Below, piece by piece: positions 46,554 through 57,571 of a stretch of 64,000 bases of DNA; the stretch's first letter is position 1, and each line of letters opens with the position of its first letter. The notes below the pieces were generated by a model that was not told the origin of the DNA, did not search any database, and was given only the letters and a program-made list of their open reading frames with translations. The position numbers and the translations under genes are program-made. Origin of the DNA: Alphaproteobacteria bacterium (GTDB lineage Bacteria > Pseudomonadota > Alphaproteobacteria > MPNO01 > UBA830). The stretch spans positions 4,640,001-4,704,000 of the forward strand of contig OZ251539.1 of NCBI GenBank assembly GCA_965243135.1. The letters are read 5' to 3'.

Positions 46554-47383
46554 CTCCAAGCAATGCACCATCCGCCATCGGAATTTCGATTTCAGAGAGT
46601 CCCGACATGCAGGCGCTCGGGTTAAGCGATGGCCACTTGCGCGACGCCATGGCCGAGGTCGCGCTGCACTTGCTTGCCTCGGGAAGGAGCCTAGCCTATG
46701 GCGGAGATTTACGGCGCCATGGATTCACCGAGCTTTTGTTCGAGCTGGTCGGACGCTATCGAAACCATCCGCGACATCGCGGCACGATATCCGTAACCGA
46801 TTATCTGGCTTGGCCCGTTCATATTAAAATGACCTCGAACGAGCTCGCTGCGTTCGCCGCCGAACACGATGCGGCTGTTTCTCTCGTTTTCCTTGCGCGA
46901 GACGGCGTGCGCCTCGAACGGGAACAGCGAATGAGGCTTTCTGAACGCGAACCGGATGACGACGAGTGGACGGAAGGACTAACGTCCATGCGGACCGCCA
47001 TGCGCCGAGAAATTCAGGCTCGAGTAGTGTTGGGCGGCAGGGTCGAGGGCTACAAGGGAACCATGCCGGGGATCGCCGAAGAGGCCTATCTTTCTCTCGA
47101 AGCCAGTCAGCCGATCTTCCTGCTTGGCGGTTTCGGCGGGTGCGCCCGCGACATTGCCGAGACAATCGGGCTTGTCGACCGTTGGGCCGGCTCTAGGGGC
47201 GATTGGGACGGTCGCGGTCGCTTTCGTTCGTATTCCCCGAACGAACTCCGCAACGGCTTGTCCCGGGAGGAGAACGTCGTTCTCGCACGGACGCCGCACA
47301 TCCAGGAGGCGGTCGCCTTGGTATTGCGAGGCCTCCGCCGGATCCTCAGCTGGAGAGATAGCGATGCACAAGGTATTCATTAG
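46550..47383 (+). CDS. SLOG superfamily protein (TIR-associated, SLOG cluster 2-like)
   Basis: IGISISES, LAYGGDLR, LTSMR, ARVVLGG..G.MPGIAEE, FLLGGFGG; ATGA overlap with the TIR gene. Confidence 0.8.
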   Translation: MTPSNAPSAIGISISESPDMQALGLSDGHLRDAMAEVALHLLASGRSLAYGGDLRRHGFTELLFELVGRYRNHPRHRGTISVTDYLAWPVHIKMTSNELAAFAAEHDAAVSLVFLARDGVRLEREQRMRLSEREPDDDEWTEGLTSMRTAMRREIQARVVLGGRVEGYKGTMPGIAEEAYLSLEASQPIFLLGGFGGCARDIAETIGLVDRWAGSRGDWDGRGRFRSYSPNELRNGLSREENVVLARTPHIQEAVALVLRGLRRILSWRDSDAQGIH

Positions 47384-47963
47384 TTATCACCATGAGAGGG
47401 ATCAGGGGTACAAGGATTCCTTGATCGAGTTTGGCGTGAAGAATTCCGTATTCGTGGACAGGTCTGTCGATCCTGGCGACATTTCGGAGGAATTGAGCGA
47501 CGAGCGGATCCGTCACATAATCAGAGACAAGTATCTTAGGGATTCCACGGTTACCATTGTGTTGGTTGGAAAAGAGACGAAACACCGGAAACACGTCGAC
47601 TGGGAGATTCACACCAGCATGTACGACGGGACCGCGAGCAGAAGATCGGGAATAGTGGTCATCAACCTGCCGGGAACCTCCGATTACTTTGGCGCTCCTT
47701 ATGGAGAGGCCGAGAAAAAACTCTTGTATCCAGACGTTACGAACTGGATGAGTATAGATTCACGAGCGGAGTACGAACGCAGATATCCCTACATGCCTGA
47801 TCGCATCGTGGACAATCTCGTGAAATCCGACGTAAAAATTTCGGTCGTTCCTTGGGGCAGGCTAAATGCGGAAAGACTCGAATTTCTGATAGAAGCGGCC
47901 TTTAGCAATCGTTTTGAGTGCGGATACGATCTGAGCAGACGAATGAGGCGGGCAAACTCGTAA
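47364..47963 (+). CDS. ThsB-like TIR protein (MTH538/DUF1863 type)
   Basis: MHKVFISYHH..DQ, IRDKYLRDSTVTIVLVGKET..RKHVDWEI; overlaps the SLOG gene by 20 nt. Confidence 0.87.
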   Translation: MHKVFISYHHERDQGYKDSLIEFGVKNSVFVDRSVDPGDISEELSDERIRHIIRDKYLRDSTVTIVLVGKETKHRKHVDWEIHTSMYDGTASRRSGIVVINLPGTSDYFGAPYGEAEKKLLYPDVTNWMSIDSRAEYERRYPYMPDRIVDNLVKSDVKISVVPWGRLNAERLEFLIEAAFSNRFECGYDLSRRMRRANS

Positions 47964-48132
47964 TACAGGGTTGCGTCGAAGCCGGAGGCCTGCGCCGACG
48001 CTCATCAATGGGGCGGGCCTTGCACGGCCGCAAAGCGAAGCTCGCGGACGAAACCGTTCGTCGACAAGAACGACCTTGCCGGTGCCGGTGCGATCTGCGA
48101 GGCGGCGGCCGTCGCGAGGCCGGTCGAAGAGG

Positions 48133-48606
48133 CTACTCCGCGTCCGTGAACGACTGCAGGAAATTCTGCATCCCGACCTGATCGATCAGCGCGATCTGCG
48201 TTTCGAGCCAGTCGATGTGCTCCTCTTCGCTTTCCATGATTTCGACGAACAGCTCGCGAGATACGTAATCGTTGACGCGCTCGCAATCGGCGACCGCGGC
48301 GATCAGATCCTTGCGCGACTCCATTTCGAGCAGCAGGTCGCATTCCAGCGCTTCCTTGACGTTCTCGCCGATCCTTAGACGGCCCAGATCCTGAAGGTTG
48401 GGAAGGCCCTCCAGATAGAGGATCCGGTTTATCAGCCGGTCCGCATGCTTCATCTCGTCGACCGATTCCCGGTATTCCATCTCGTCGAGCTTCCCGAAGC
48501 CCCAGTTCTTGAACATCCGGGCATGCAGGAAATACTGGTTGATCGCCGTCAGCTCGTTCTTGAGCACCAGGTTCAGGTGCCGGATGACGTCCTTGTCGCC
48601 TTTCAT
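48133..48606 (-). CDS. bfr: Bacterioferritin
   Basis: [42 protein letters not shown]. Confidence 0.96.
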   Translation of the reverse strand: MKGDKDVIRHLNLVLKNELTAINQYFLHARMFKNWGFGKLDEMEYRESVDEMKHADRLINRILYLEGLPNLQDLGRLRIGENVKEALECDLLLEMESRKDLIAAVADCERVNDYVSRELFVEIMESEEEHIDWLETQIALIDQVGMQNFLQSFTDAE

Positions 48607-48772
48607 GTCCTTATCTCCTTCGCCCGCGCAGGGCTTGCCTCGACCGAGGGTCCGATGTTACTCGAATTCGTCCGGCTTGTGGAGCGTTGCGGGCGGCGTC
48701 CGGGGAAGCGGCAAGTCCGGATCCGGGCGAGCCGCCGCAGCCTGCGCCGGTCTGCGCTTCGGAGAAACCGCC

Positions 48773-49153
48773 ATGTTTCCAATACAGCGCGTTCCCGGCA
48801 ACGTGCCGACGAGAAGCTGGGGATCCGCCTATCGCGACTTGGTCTGGGCGCTCGGGATGTCCGACGATTTCACGCTCGATTTCGAAGGGCAGGCGGCCAG
48901 GGCGTTCGCCAATCTCGACGCGGTGCTCGACGCCGCGGGAGCCGACCGCACCTGCCTTCTGTCGGTGCAGGTCTATCTCCACGACGTGAACGCCTGCAAG
49001 CCGGCGTTCGACGAGATGTGGGCCGCGTGGATCGGCGGCGATCCGCAAAACTGGCCCATGCGCTCCTGCGTGCAAGTCGCGTTCGCCGGCGGAAACAAGA
49101 TCGAACTCATCGTCGTCGCGGCGCGGCGGGAGGCGGCCGCTCCGACCGCCTGA
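48773..49153 (+). CDS. RidA/YjgF (YoaB-like) family protein
   Basis: Q...F.NLD.VL..AG, FDEMWAAW, PMRSCV, IELIVVAA; start at ATG 48773. Confidence 0.82.
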   Translation: MFPIQRVPGNVPTRSWGSAYRDLVWALGMSDDFTLDFEGQAARAFANLDAVLDAAGADRTCLLSVQVYLHDVNACKPAFDEMWAAWIGGDPQNWPMRSCVQVAFAGGNKIELIVVAARREAAAPTA

Positions 49154-49183
49154 TGCGCGTTTTTCCGGCTCCGAGCTCTGCGG

Positions 49184-49552
49184 TCAATCCCGTTTGCGGC
49201 GGATCATGGGGCCGAGCGGTTCGCCGGCGAGGATGTGGGTATGGAGATGGGGCACCTCCTGGTGGGCGTCGTTTCCGTGGTTGGCGATCAGGCGGTAGCC
49301 GGTTTCGTGGACTCCCAGAATGCGGGCGGTCTCGCCGATCGCCGCGGCGTAGCCGGCTTGCGCTTCGGGCGGCGCTCCGGCCGAAAAGTCGTCCCACGAA
49401 ACGTAAGAACCTTTCGGAACGACGAGAACGTGCACCGGCGCCTGCGGGTTGATGTCCCTGAAGGCGAGCGCGTGCTCGGTCTCGTGCACCTTGTCGCAAG
49501 GGATCTCGCCCCGCAGGATCTTCGCGAACAGGTTTCCGTCGTCGTAAGTCAT
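49184..49552 (-). CDS. HIT family nucleotide-binding protein
   Basis: FAKILRGEIP, DINPQAPVH, QEVPHLHTHI histidine triad. Confidence 0.92.
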   Translation of the reverse strand: MTYDDGNLFAKILRGEIPCDKVHETEHALAFRDINPQAPVHVLVVPKGSYVSWDDFSAGAPPEAQAGYAAAIGETARILGVHETGYRLIANHGNDAHQEVPHLHTHILAGEPLGPMIRRKRD

Positions 49553-50205
49553 CCGTCATCTCCCCGCGCCGCCTTTTCCTTGAGGCCGGAAACGCCGCTT
49601 CGGCGCGCCAGCTCGGCGGCGATCTCCCTCGGCGCGATCTCCGCGTCGACCCATGCCGCCAGCAGGTGGCAGAGGAGGCCGTCGCTTTCCGCGACCAGCG
49701 CTCCCCTGTTCCTGGCGGCTGCCGCGATAACGACCTCGAGCGCCTCTTCTCCCAGTTTCAGGGCAATCTTTTCGGTTCCGCGCTCGAACAGTTGCGCTAT
49801 TTTTGGCGCGGCAGCCGCGTTTCCTCTGCCGGATTCGATCTCGGCATAAAGCCGTTCGACGACGTTTCCGAAGCCGTTCGTCGTGCCGGTTCGCCCGGAG
49901 GCCGTGTGGCGGCGGCGGCTCTGGCGCGCCAGCCCGGAGGAGACCTCCGCTAGAGCGATTTCCGCATCGGCCCACGCCACCAGCAGATGGTAGAGAAGGT
50001 CGGCGCTCTCCGCGACCAGCGCCTCCCTGTCTTTCATGACCGCCGCGATCACGGCTTCCACTGCTTCTTCGCCGAGTTTCTGCGCAATCTTCGCGGTTCC
50101 GCGTTCGAACAACTGCGCTGTGTACGACGCCGCGGGATCGCCGCCCCTGCGGGATTCGATCACGGCGTGAAGCCGTTCGACGGCTTCTCCGAAGCCGTTC
50201 GTCAC
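49549..50205 (-). CDS. hisE: Phosphoribosyl-ATP diphosphatase with two tandem HisE domains
   Basis: Repeat 1: [28 protein letters not shown]. Repeat 2: [30 protein letters not shown] start overlaps the hisF stop. Confidence 0.88.
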   Translation of the reverse strand: MTNGFGEAVERLHAVIESRRGGDPAASYTAQLFERGTAKIAQKLGEEAVEAVIAAVMKDREALVAESADLLYHLLVAWADAEIALAEVSSGLARQSRRRHTASGRTGTTNGFGNVVERLYAEIESGRGNAAAAPKIAQLFERGTEKIALKLGEEALEVVIAAAARNRGALVAESDGLLCHLLAAWVDAEIAPREIAAELARRSGVSGLKEKAARGDDG

Positions 50206-50975
50206 GGTGCTTCCCCGGACGGCCGCACCGCGACGCCGGAGGCGGCCATGCGCCTCTTGGCTTCGGCGATCGTGTATTCGCCGAAGTGAAAGATCGACGC
50301 CGCGAGCACGGCGGAAGCGCGGCCCTCGAGAATCCCCTCGGCAAGGTGGTCGAGAGTGCCCGCGCCGCCCGACGCGATCACGGGCACCGTAACCGCGTCC
50401 GCGATCGTCCGCGTTAGCTCGATGTCGAATCCCCGCCGCGTGCCGTCCCGATCCATTGAGGTCAGCAGAATTTCGCCCGCCCCGAGCGCGGCCATGCGGG
50501 CAGCCCAGGCGACGGCGTCGATGCCCGTCGCCTTGCGCCCGCCGTGGGTGAAGATTTCCCATCCGCCGCCGGCCCTCGCCCTGGCGTCGATCGCGACGAC
50601 GATGCACTGGGTTCCGAACTTTTCCGCCGCCTTGGCGACGAACTCGGGCTCGCGCACGGCCGCGGTGTTGATCGACGCCTTGTCGGCGCCCGCCAGCAGC
50701 AGCCTGCGGATGTCGTCGATCCGGCGGACGCCGCCGCCGACGGTGAGGGGCATGAAGCATTCCTCGGCCGTTCGCCGGACGACGTCGTAGATCGTGTCGC
50801 GGTTTTCGTGGCTCGCCGTGATGTCGAGGAAGCATAGCTCGTCGGCTCCCTCGGCATCGTAGACGCGGGCCTGTTCGACCGGATCGCCGGCATCGACCAG
50901 ATCCACGAAGTTGACGCCCTTGACGGTGCGCCCGTCCTTCACGTCGAGGCAGGGAATGACGCGCGCCTTGAGCAT
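50202..50975 (-). CDS. hisF: Imidazole glycerol phosphate synthase cyclase subunit
   Basis: [31 protein letters not shown]. Confidence 0.97.
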   Translation of the reverse strand: MLKARVIPCLDVKDGRTVKGVNFVDLVDAGDPVEQARVYDAEGADELCFLDITASHENRDTIYDVVRRTAEECFMPLTVGGGVRRIDDIRRLLLAGADKASINTAAVREPEFVAKAAEKFGTQCIVVAIDARARAGGGWEIFTHGGRKATGIDAVAWAARMAALGAGEILLTSMDRDGTRRGFDIELTRTIADAVTVPVIASGGAGTLDHLAEGILEGRASAVLAASIFHFGEYTIAEAKRRMAASGVAVRPSGEAP

Positions 50976-50978
50976 GGA

Positions 50979-51707
50979 TCACGAATCCCGCAGCAGCGCC
51001 AGCGCCTCGGCGGAGTCGATCCTGCCGTCGTAGATCGCTCGGCCCGAAATTACGCCCTCGATTCCGGCGCTTTCCTTTTCCTTGAGTTCCGCCAGATCGG
51101 AAAGCCCGCGCACGCCGCCCGACGCGATCACCGGCGTGGTCAGGGCGAAGGCGAGATCCACGGTCGCGTCGATGTTCAGGCCCTGCATCGCGCCGTCGCG
51201 GTCGATGTCCGTGTAGACGATCGCGGCGGCGCCCGCGTCCTCGAAGCGAAGCGCGAGGTCCAGCGCGCGCACTCCGGAGGTTTCGGCCCAGCCCTCGACG
51301 GCGACGCGGCCGTCCCGGGCGTCGATGCCGATCACGATCCGCCCGGGAAACCGGGCGCACGCGTCGTTCACCAGCGACGGGTTCTTGACGGCGGCGGTGC
51401 CGAGGATCACCCGCCGCGCGCCGATCTCGAGCCATTTCTCGATCGTCGCGAGATCGCGGATCCCGCCGCCGAGCTGAACCGGCAGATCGACCGCGGCTAC
51501 GATCGCGGCGACGGCTCCGCCGTTCATCGGACGGCCCTCGACGGCTCCGTCGAGATCGACGATGTGCAGCCATTCGAAGCCCGTTTTCTCGAAATCCCGC
51601 GCCTGGGCGACCGGGTCGTCGTTGAATCTGGTCGCCGCCGCCATGTCTCCGCGCACCAGCCGGACGCAGGCGCCCTCCTTCAGGTCGATGGCGGGAAAGA
51701 GGATCAT
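50979..51707 (-). CDS. hisA: ProFAR isomerase
   Basis: [39 protein letters not shown]. Confidence 0.96.
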   Translation of the reverse strand: MILFPAIDLKEGACVRLVRGDMAAATRFNDDPVAQARDFEKTGFEWLHIVDLDGAVEGRPMNGGAVAAIVAAVDLPVQLGGGIRDLATIEKWLEIGARRVILGTAAVKNPSLVNDACARFPGRIVIGIDARDGRVAVEGWAETSGVRALDLALRFEDAGAAAIVYTDIDRDGAMQGLNIDATVDLAFALTTPVIASGGVRGLSDLAELKEKESAGIEGVISGRAIYDGRIDSAEALALLRDS

Positions 51708-52258
51708 TTTTTCTTGCGCGCCTGTTTCCGCCGGGGAAACTCCCGGAGCCGCTTCGTGTAGTAATGGCCCGTCACCAGCTTGCCGTCGACCAGCGCGTAA
51801 TCGGGATTCGTGCCCCAGCGCTGGAAACCGAGCTGTTCGTATAGATGGATGGCGGCGTGCTGCGTTTCCCGGATGTCGAGCTGCAGCATGAGATATCCCA
51901 GCTTGTTCGCCGCGTTTTCCACGGTACGGACGAGATCGGGCGAGATGCCGAGACCGCGGGCCCATGGCGCGACGAACAGCGCCGTGAGCGTGGCCGCGTG
52001 CGCCTGCGCTTCGTTGTTCCGCGCCGGTTCCTGCAGCTGCGCCGACGCGACGATGCGGCCGTCCAGCCGCCCGACGAAAAGATGGCGCTCCGGAACCAGA
52101 ACGACCCCGCGGAAATACCGGCCGAGAACGGCGCGCGGCGGCGGCGTCAACCAGCCGAAGCCGCCGCCGTCGTGAATCGCCGCCTCGGCGGCGTTGCACA
52201 GATCCTCGAGTTCCTCGTCCGAGATTTCTTCGAGCGGCTCGACGCTGGTTTTCGTCAC
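51704..52258 (-). CDS. GNAT family N-acetyltransferase
   Basis: [21 protein letters not shown]; inside the his operon. Confidence 0.87.
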   Translation of the reverse strand: MTKTSVEPLEEISDEELEDLCNAAEAAIHDGGGFGWLTPPPRAVLGRYFRGVVLVPERHLFVGRLDGRIVASAQLQEPARNNEAQAHAATLTALFVAPWARGLGISPDLVRTVENAANKLGYLMLQLDIRETQHAAIHLYEQLGFQRWGTNPDYALVDGKLVTGHYYTKRLREFPRRKQARKKK

Positions 52259-52268
52259 TTCGACGCCC

Positions 52269-52919
52269 CTACGCGTTCCAGGCGAGGAAGTCGCCCAGCA
52301 GCCTGAGGCCGGTTCGCTGGCTCTTCTCCGGATGGAACTGGGTTCCGATCATGTTGTCGCGCCCCACGACCGCGGCGAAGCGGCCGCCGTGGTCGGCGGT
52401 GGCCAGCACGTCGTCCTCCCGTTCGCAACGCATCGCGTAGCTGTGCACGAAATACGCATGGTCGCCGTCGGCGAGGTTTCCGGCGACGCCGTGCCGCCGC
52501 CCGGCGTCCGAAGGGGCGACGACGTTCCAGCCCATGTGGGGAATCTTGAGCGCTTCGCCGTTCGGCGCCAGCGGGCCGACCTCGCCCGGGATCCACCCGA
52601 GTCCTTCGTGCGTTCCGTGCTCAATGCCGCGGCGCGCCATCAGCTGCATGCCGACGCATATGCCGAGAAACGCTTTCCCGGACTCGCGGACGTTGCGCTC
52701 CAGCGCGTCGATCATTCCCGGCAGCCTGCGCAGGCCGGCGGCGCAATCGCCGAAGGCCCCGACCCCCGGCAGGACGATCCGGTCGGCGCCGTCCAGCGCG
52801 GCGGCGCTGTCGGAGACGGCGATGCGGGCGTCGATTTCGCGCTCGCGCGCGGCGCGTTCCAGCGCCTTGGCGGCGGACCGGAGATTGCCCGAGCCGTAGT
52901 CGATCACCACCACTTCCAT
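52269..52919 (-). CDS. hisH: Imidazole glycerol phosphate synthase glutaminase subunit
   Basis: DYGSGNLRS, LPGVGAF, GICVGMQ, PHMGWN, QFHPEKS. Confidence 0.96.
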   Translation of the reverse strand: MEVVVIDYGSGNLRSAAKALERAAREREIDARIAVSDSAAALDGADRIVLPGVGAFGDCAAGLRRLPGMIDALERNVRESGKAFLGICVGMQLMARRGIEHGTHEGLGWIPGEVGPLAPNGEALKIPHMGWNVVAPSDAGRRHGVAGNLADGDHAYFVHSYAMRCEREDDVLATADHGGRFAAVVGRDNMIGTQFHPEKSQRTGLRLLGDFLAWNA

Positions 52920-52930
52920 CGTCGCGCCCC

Positions 52931-53305
52931 TCAGCGGTCGGCCGGCGGATTCAGGTCGAAATACCGTTGCATCGCGCCGTCGCGGTCGGGCGCGACCGCC
53001 AGCCCCGCCATCCGCCATCCGCGCAGTTCGGCGGCCGCTCGGCGCCAGTCGTTGCCGCCGAACCCCGCGAGCAGGACGACGGCCGCGGCCGCGGCGGCGA
53101 GAACGACGCCGTCGGATCGCAGGAACCAGTCGGCGGCCAGCAGCGCGGCGAGCGTCGCGCACAGAGCGGCGAACGGCGCCCAAAGCCGGTGCCGCAGCGC
53201 CCACAAGGGACCGAAGGCGAAGGCCGGCCAGCAGAAGCCTTCCCGAATCACGAGGATCTCGGGATCCCCGGCCTCCCGCCTGAGGTGTATCGTGTAGACG
53301 TTCAT
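52931..53305 (-). CDS. DUF2628-like membrane protein
   Basis: [24 protein letters not shown]; typical position between hisB and hisH. Confidence 0.8.
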   Translation of the reverse strand: MNVYTIHLRREAGDPEILVIREGFCWPAFAFGPLWALRHRLWAPFAALCATLAALLAADWFLRSDGVVLAAAAAAVVLLAGFGGNDWRRAAAELRGWRMAGLAVAPDRDGAMQRYFDLNPPADR

Positions 53306-53895
53306 CCGCCGAGCGTCCCCTTGGTGGAAGGCACCGCTTCGCCCGCGCGGGCGTCCGTTTCGACGGCGGCCCTGAGCGCGCGCGCCAGCGCCTTGAAGCA
53401 GGATTCGACGATGTGATGGTTGTTGGCGCCGTAGACGTTCTCCACGTGCAGGGTCAGGCGGGCGTTTTGCGCGAAGGCCTGGAACCACTCCCGGAAGAGC
53501 TCGGTGTCCATCTCGCCGAGCTTGTGCCTCGTGAAATCGACCTTCCAGATCAGGTAGGGGCGGTCCGAAACGTCGATCGCGACGCGGCTGAGGGTTTCGT
53601 CCATCGGGATCGTCGCCGACGCGAAGCGGACGATGCCCTTGCGGTCGCCGAGCGCCTGGTGCACCGCCTGGCCGATCGCGATGCCGGTGTCTTCCGTGGT
53701 GTGGTGGAAGTCGATATGAAGATCGCCCGCCGCCCGGACCGCGAGGTCGATCAGGCTGTGCCGCGACAGTTGCTCCAGCATGTGGTCGAGAAAGCCGATC
53801 CCGGTGCTCACGTCGTATTCGCCGCTGCCGTCGAGGTTCAGGTTGACCTCGATCTCGGTTTCCCGGGTCTTTCTGACTACGGTGGCAAGGCGCAT
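53302..53895 (-). CDS. hisB: Imidazoleglycerol-phosphate dehydratase
   Basis: [32 protein letters not shown]. Confidence 0.97.
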   Translation of the reverse strand: MRLATVVRKTRETEIEVNLNLDGSGEYDVSTGIGFLDHMLEQLSRHSLIDLAVRAAGDLHIDFHHTTEDTGIAIGQAVHQALGDRKGIVRFASATIPMDETLSRVAIDVSDRPYLIWKVDFTRHKLGEMDTELFREWFQAFAQNARLTLHVENVYGANNHHIVESCFKALARALRAAVETDARAGEAVPSTKGTLGG

Positions 53896-54081
53896 TCCGC
53901 CGCTCCGTTCGGCTGGTTTCCGCGTTGCGGAACGGCGTTCCTTGTATCAGGATCGCGGACGGCAGTGAAGGCGGCCGGCGCCGCGTCTCCCCGCGGCACT
54001 TGACGACGCCCGGCGAACGGGCGATTTAGGAAGCGAACCAGTCTGGCCGGCGTTCCTTCTGCGCCGGGAATGCGGAGCGAG

Positions 54082-54624
54082 ATGACCAAGCCGGAAACTT
54101 GGCACGGGACCACCGTTCTTTCGGTGCGCAAGGGCGACAAGGTCGTGGTGGCCGGTGACGGACAGGTCACCTTCGGGAACACGGTGATGAAGTCGAACGC
54201 GCGGAAGGTGCGCCGTCTCGGCGGCGAGTCCGTCGTCGCCGGGTTCGCGGGCGCCACGGCCGACGCGTTCACGCTTTTCGAACGCCTCGAAGGGAAGCTG
54301 GAGCAGCACCCCGGCCAGTTGACCCGCGCCTGCGTCGAGCTCGCCAAGGACTGGCGGACCGACCGTTACCTGCGCCGCTTGGAAGCGATGATGGCGGTCG
54401 CCGACAGGGACGTGTCGCTGGTTCTGACGGGAACCGGCGACGTCCTCGAACCCGAGGACGGCCTGATCGGCATCGGTTCCGGGGGCGGCTACGCGCTGGC
54501 CGCCGCGCGCGCGCTCGTGGACCAGGACGGACTCGAGGCCGAGGAAATCGCGCGCCGGGCGATGACGATCGCCGCCGATATCTGTATCTACACCAACCGG
54601 AACATCTTGATCGAAAGCCTGTAG
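54082..54624 (+). CDS. hslV: ATP-dependent protease peptidase subunit
   Basis: [42 protein letters not shown]. Confidence 0.97.
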   Translation: MTKPETWHGTTVLSVRKGDKVVVAGDGQVTFGNTVMKSNARKVRRLGGESVVAGFAGATADAFTLFERLEGKLEQHPGQLTRACVELAKDWRTDRYLRRLEAMMAVADRDVSLVLTGTGDVLEPEDGLIGIGSGGGYALAAARALVDQDGLEAEEIARRAMTIAADICIYTNRNILIESL

Positions 54625-54627
54625 CCC

Positions 54628-55941
54628 GTGACGAACTTTTCCCCCCGAGAAATCGTTTCCGAACTCGACCGCTTCATCGTCGGCCAGAACGACGCCAAGC
54701 GCGCGGTGGCGATCGCGCTGCGCAACCGCTGGCGCCGCCAGCAGCTCGACGAGGAGCTGCGCGAGGAGGTCCTGCCGAAGAACATCCTGATGATCGGCCC
54801 CACCGGCGTCGGCAAGACGGAAATCGCCCGCCGCCTCGCCCGCCTCGCCCAGGCGCCGTTCCTCAAGGTGGAGGCGACGAAGTTCACGGAGGTCGGCTAC
54901 GTCGGCCGGGACGTCGAATCGATCATTCGGGATCTCGTCGAGATCGCGATCCACATGGTCCGCGACCAGATGCGGAAGGAAGTCGCCACCAAGGCGGAAC
55001 TCGCCGCCGAGGAGCGGGTCCTGAACGCGCTGGTCGGCGACAACGCGAGCCGGGAAACCCGCCAGAAGTTCCGCGCCATGCTGCGCGACGGGAAACTGGA
55101 CGACAAGGAAATCGAAGTCGAGGTCCAGGACGCCGGGAGCGGGCCGCTGCCGACGTTCGACATTCCCGGCATGCCCGGCGCCCAGATGGGAATGATCAAT
55201 CTGAGCGAGATGCTGGGCAAGGCGTTCGGAGGCAACACCCGAACCCGTCGCCTGACGGTCGAGGAGAGTCACGAGGTGCTGGTGGCCGAGGAATCCGACA
55301 AGCTTCTCGACGACGACACGGTGGTCCGGTCGGCGATCGAGGCGGTGGAGCAGAACGGCATCGTCTTCATCGACGAAATCGACAAGATCTGCGCCCGGTC
55401 CGACGGGCGGGTGGGCGCCGACGTGAGCCGCGAAGGCGTGCAGCGCGACCTGCTACCGCTGATCGAGGGAACCACGGTGGCGACGAAGCACGGGACGGTG
55501 AAGACGGACCACGTTCTCTTCGTCGCCTCCGGCGCCTTCCATATCGCCAAACCGGCCGACCTGTTGCCCGAACTGCAGGGCCGGCTGCCGATCCGGGTCG
55601 AGCTGAAGGCGCTGACGGAGGAGGATTTCCGGCGCATCCTCACCGAGCCCGAGGCCAACCTGATCCGGCAGTACACGGCGTTGATGGGTACCGAGCAAGT
55701 CACGCTGGAGTTCTCGGACGGCGCGATCGACGCCCTCGCCTCGCTCGCGGCCGAGATCAATCGAACGGTCGAGAACATCGGCGCCCGCCGGCTGCAAACG
55801 GTCATGGAGCGCCTTCTGGAGGACATCTCGTTCACGGCGTCCGACCGCACCGGCGAGACCTTCTCCATCGACGAGGGCTACGTCCGCGAGAACGTCGCCG
55901 ACCTGGCCAAGGACGCGGATCTGTCGAAGTTCATCCTGTAG
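54628..55941 (+). CDS. hslU: ATP-dependent protease ATPase subunit
   Basis: [40 protein letters not shown]. Confidence 0.98.
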   Translation: MTNFSPREIVSELDRFIVGQNDAKRAVAIALRNRWRRQQLDEELREEVLPKNILMIGPTGVGKTEIARRLARLAQAPFLKVEATKFTEVGYVGRDVESIIRDLVEIAIHMVRDQMRKEVATKAELAAEERVLNALVGDNASRETRQKFRAMLRDGKLDDKEIEVEVQDAGSGPLPTFDIPGMPGAQMGMINLSEMLGKAFGGNTRTRRLTVEESHEVLVAEESDKLLDDDTVVRSAIEAVEQNGIVFIDEIDKICARSDGRVGADVSREGVQRDLLPLIEGTTVATKHGTVKTDHVLFVASGAFHIAKPADLLPELQGRLPIRVELKALTEEDFRRILTEPEANLIRQYTALMGTEQVTLEFSDGAIDALASLAAEINRTVENIGARRLQTVMERLLEDISFTASDRTGETFSIDEGYVRENVADLAKDADLSKFIL

Positions 55942-56022
55942 GCCGTTCCCGAAAGGCGCTCTCCGCTTCCGGGCGGGCCCTCGCGCCGCGCCTCCGGAAA
56001 GAGCGTTTCCGCGAAAGCCCGG

Positions 56023-56520
56023 TTACGCTTTCATGCCGGGCCGCTCGAAGTTTTTGTCGAGATGCCCCTTGCCTTCCAGATCCCCCTGTTCGAACAGCCA
56101 GCTGTATCCGCCGGGAGGGTTGGTCAGGATTTCCCAGCAATTGTCGTCCATGTCCCAGAAGAAGAAACTGTACGTGCCGTGCTGGAGCTTGGGCTTCGAA
56201 ATCTTGCGCAGTCCCCATTCCGCGGCCCGTTCGACGACCGTTTCGTAGGCGGCGTCGACCTCTTCCTGCGTTTCGACGTCCAGCCCGTTGTGATTGAGGA
56301 GCGGCATTTCTCCATTTCGTTTCGGCTGCTCGACGACGGCGATCGTGTTCGCGCCGCCGAGGCGGACGAGAAGGGAAATCGGGCTGGTGCGGACGACCTC
56401 GAGGCCGAGAAACTCGGTGTAGAAATTGCGCGCTCTCTCCAGGTCCCGGGATTCGAGCGTTCCGTGAGACAGGAAATTGAGCTTGAGAGCGGGACTCGCG
56501 GCGGTTTGCGGCGCGTTCAT
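56023..56520 (-). CDS. VOC/glyoxalase family protein
   Basis: LSHGTL..DLERARNFYTEFLGL, NHNGL, FFFWDMDDNCWEI. Confidence 0.85.
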   Translation of the reverse strand: MNAPQTAASPALKLNFLSHGTLESRDLERARNFYTEFLGLEVVRTSPISLLVRLGGANTIAVVEQPKRNGEMPLLNHNGLDVETQEEVDAAYETVVERAAEWGLRKISKPKLQHGTYSFFFWDMDDNCWEILTNPPGGYSWLFEQGDLEGKGHLDKNFERPGMKA

Positions 56521-56841
56521 CGATTCCTCCTGATTCTCCGAACTCTTTCGGCGAATCTACAGGGAGAGCCGCCGCCTCTCAAGCGTCCGCCGAGAAATCG
56601 CGCGCCGGCGGTCGCTCGTTTTCGGGAACGCCCCGCCGCGAGGGCCGTCAGGGCGGGCGCTTGACGACGTTCGCCGTCGGTTCGCCGCGCGCCGCCGCAG
56701 TTGTCCACAGATTTTTCGGTTTCGAGCGAATTCGATGTGCCGCGCCGCCGTCATTTGTTGTAAACTAACGGAAGGAGTTCGTATTTCCTTGGCGATGCGC
56801 GTTCCGATCGTCGGGATTTGAACTTGGGGGGGATGTCTACG

Positions 56842-57567
56842 ATGAACGATTGGAAAGAGGACGTGCGGGAATTCGAGACCTTCGAGTTTCCGCCGGACCC
56901 TGCCGACGACTTCAGCGCCGCGCCCGCGACGCCCGAGGTCGCCGGAAATCTCGCCGAGCCGCCGCTGGAGAACTGGCGGAGGCCGGGCGCCAACCGCCGG
57001 GAATTTCTGCGCGGCGCGGTCTGTTCCGGCGTCGCCGTGTCGGCGGCCGCCTACATGTTCTCGGGCGGCGCCCGGGAAGCGCGCGCCGCGGTGCGGGGGG
57101 TCGAGCGGCTGATCTCGCTCAGCGTCAACGGCAAGACCCGGCGCGTCGACGTCGCGCCGAGCGAGACGCTGGCCCAGACCATCCGTTACAAGCTGGGGCT
57201 GATCGGCACCAAGATCGGCTGCAACCGCGCCGAGTGCGGCGCCTGCACCGTGCTGGCTGACGACGTCCCGATATACTCTTGCTCGACGCTGACCCATCAG
57301 GTCCGCGGCAAGAAGATAACGACCGTCGAAGGCGTCGCCGCGCCCGACGGGACGCTGCATCCCGTCCAGCAGGCGTTCATCGACGAGCTGGGGCCGCAGT
57401 GCGGCTTCTGCACGCCGGGCCAGGTGGTCGCGGCGGTCGGCCTGCTGAAGAAGAACCCCAAACCGACGATCGACGAGGCGCGTCGCGCCATGTCCGGCAA
57501 CTTGTGCCGGTGCGGCGCCTACGATCATTACCTCAAGGGCGTCATGCGCGCGGCAGGGAGGGCCTGA
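56842..57567 (+). CDS. (2Fe-2S)-binding small subunit of a xanthine-dehydrogenase-family enzyme with Tat signal (PaoA/CoxS-like)
   Basis: NRREFLRG + hydrophobic stretch + ARA; GCNRAECGACTV, QCGFCTPG, GNLCRCG. Confidence 0.9.
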   Translation: MNDWKEDVREFETFEFPPDPADDFSAAPATPEVAGNLAEPPLENWRRPGANRREFLRGAVCSGVAVSAAAYMFSGGAREARAAVRGVERLISLSVNGKTRRVDVAPSETLAQTIRYKLGLIGTKIGCNRAECGACTVLADDVPIYSCSTLTHQVRGKKITTVEGVAAPDGTLHPVQQAFIDELGPQCGFCTPGQVVAAVGLLKKNPKPTIDEARRAMSGNLCRCGAYDHYLKGVMRAAGRA

Positions 57568-57571
57568 GACC

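Noticed and set aside
46550-47383. Calling the SLOG gene thsA
   Set aside because: No Sir2, Macro or transmembrane domain.
24427-48000. Integrative element or prophage anchored at tRNA-Glu
   Set aside because: No integrase, phage or conjugation genes, and no duplicated tRNA 3' end seen.
53999-54030. Heat-shock (RpoH) promoter upstream of hslV
   Set aside because: CTTGA is present but the -10 match is poor.
56701-56709. DnaA-box-like TTGTCCACA in the VOC/molybdoenzyme gap
   Set aside because: Isolated, one mismatch, no unwinding element; insufficient support.
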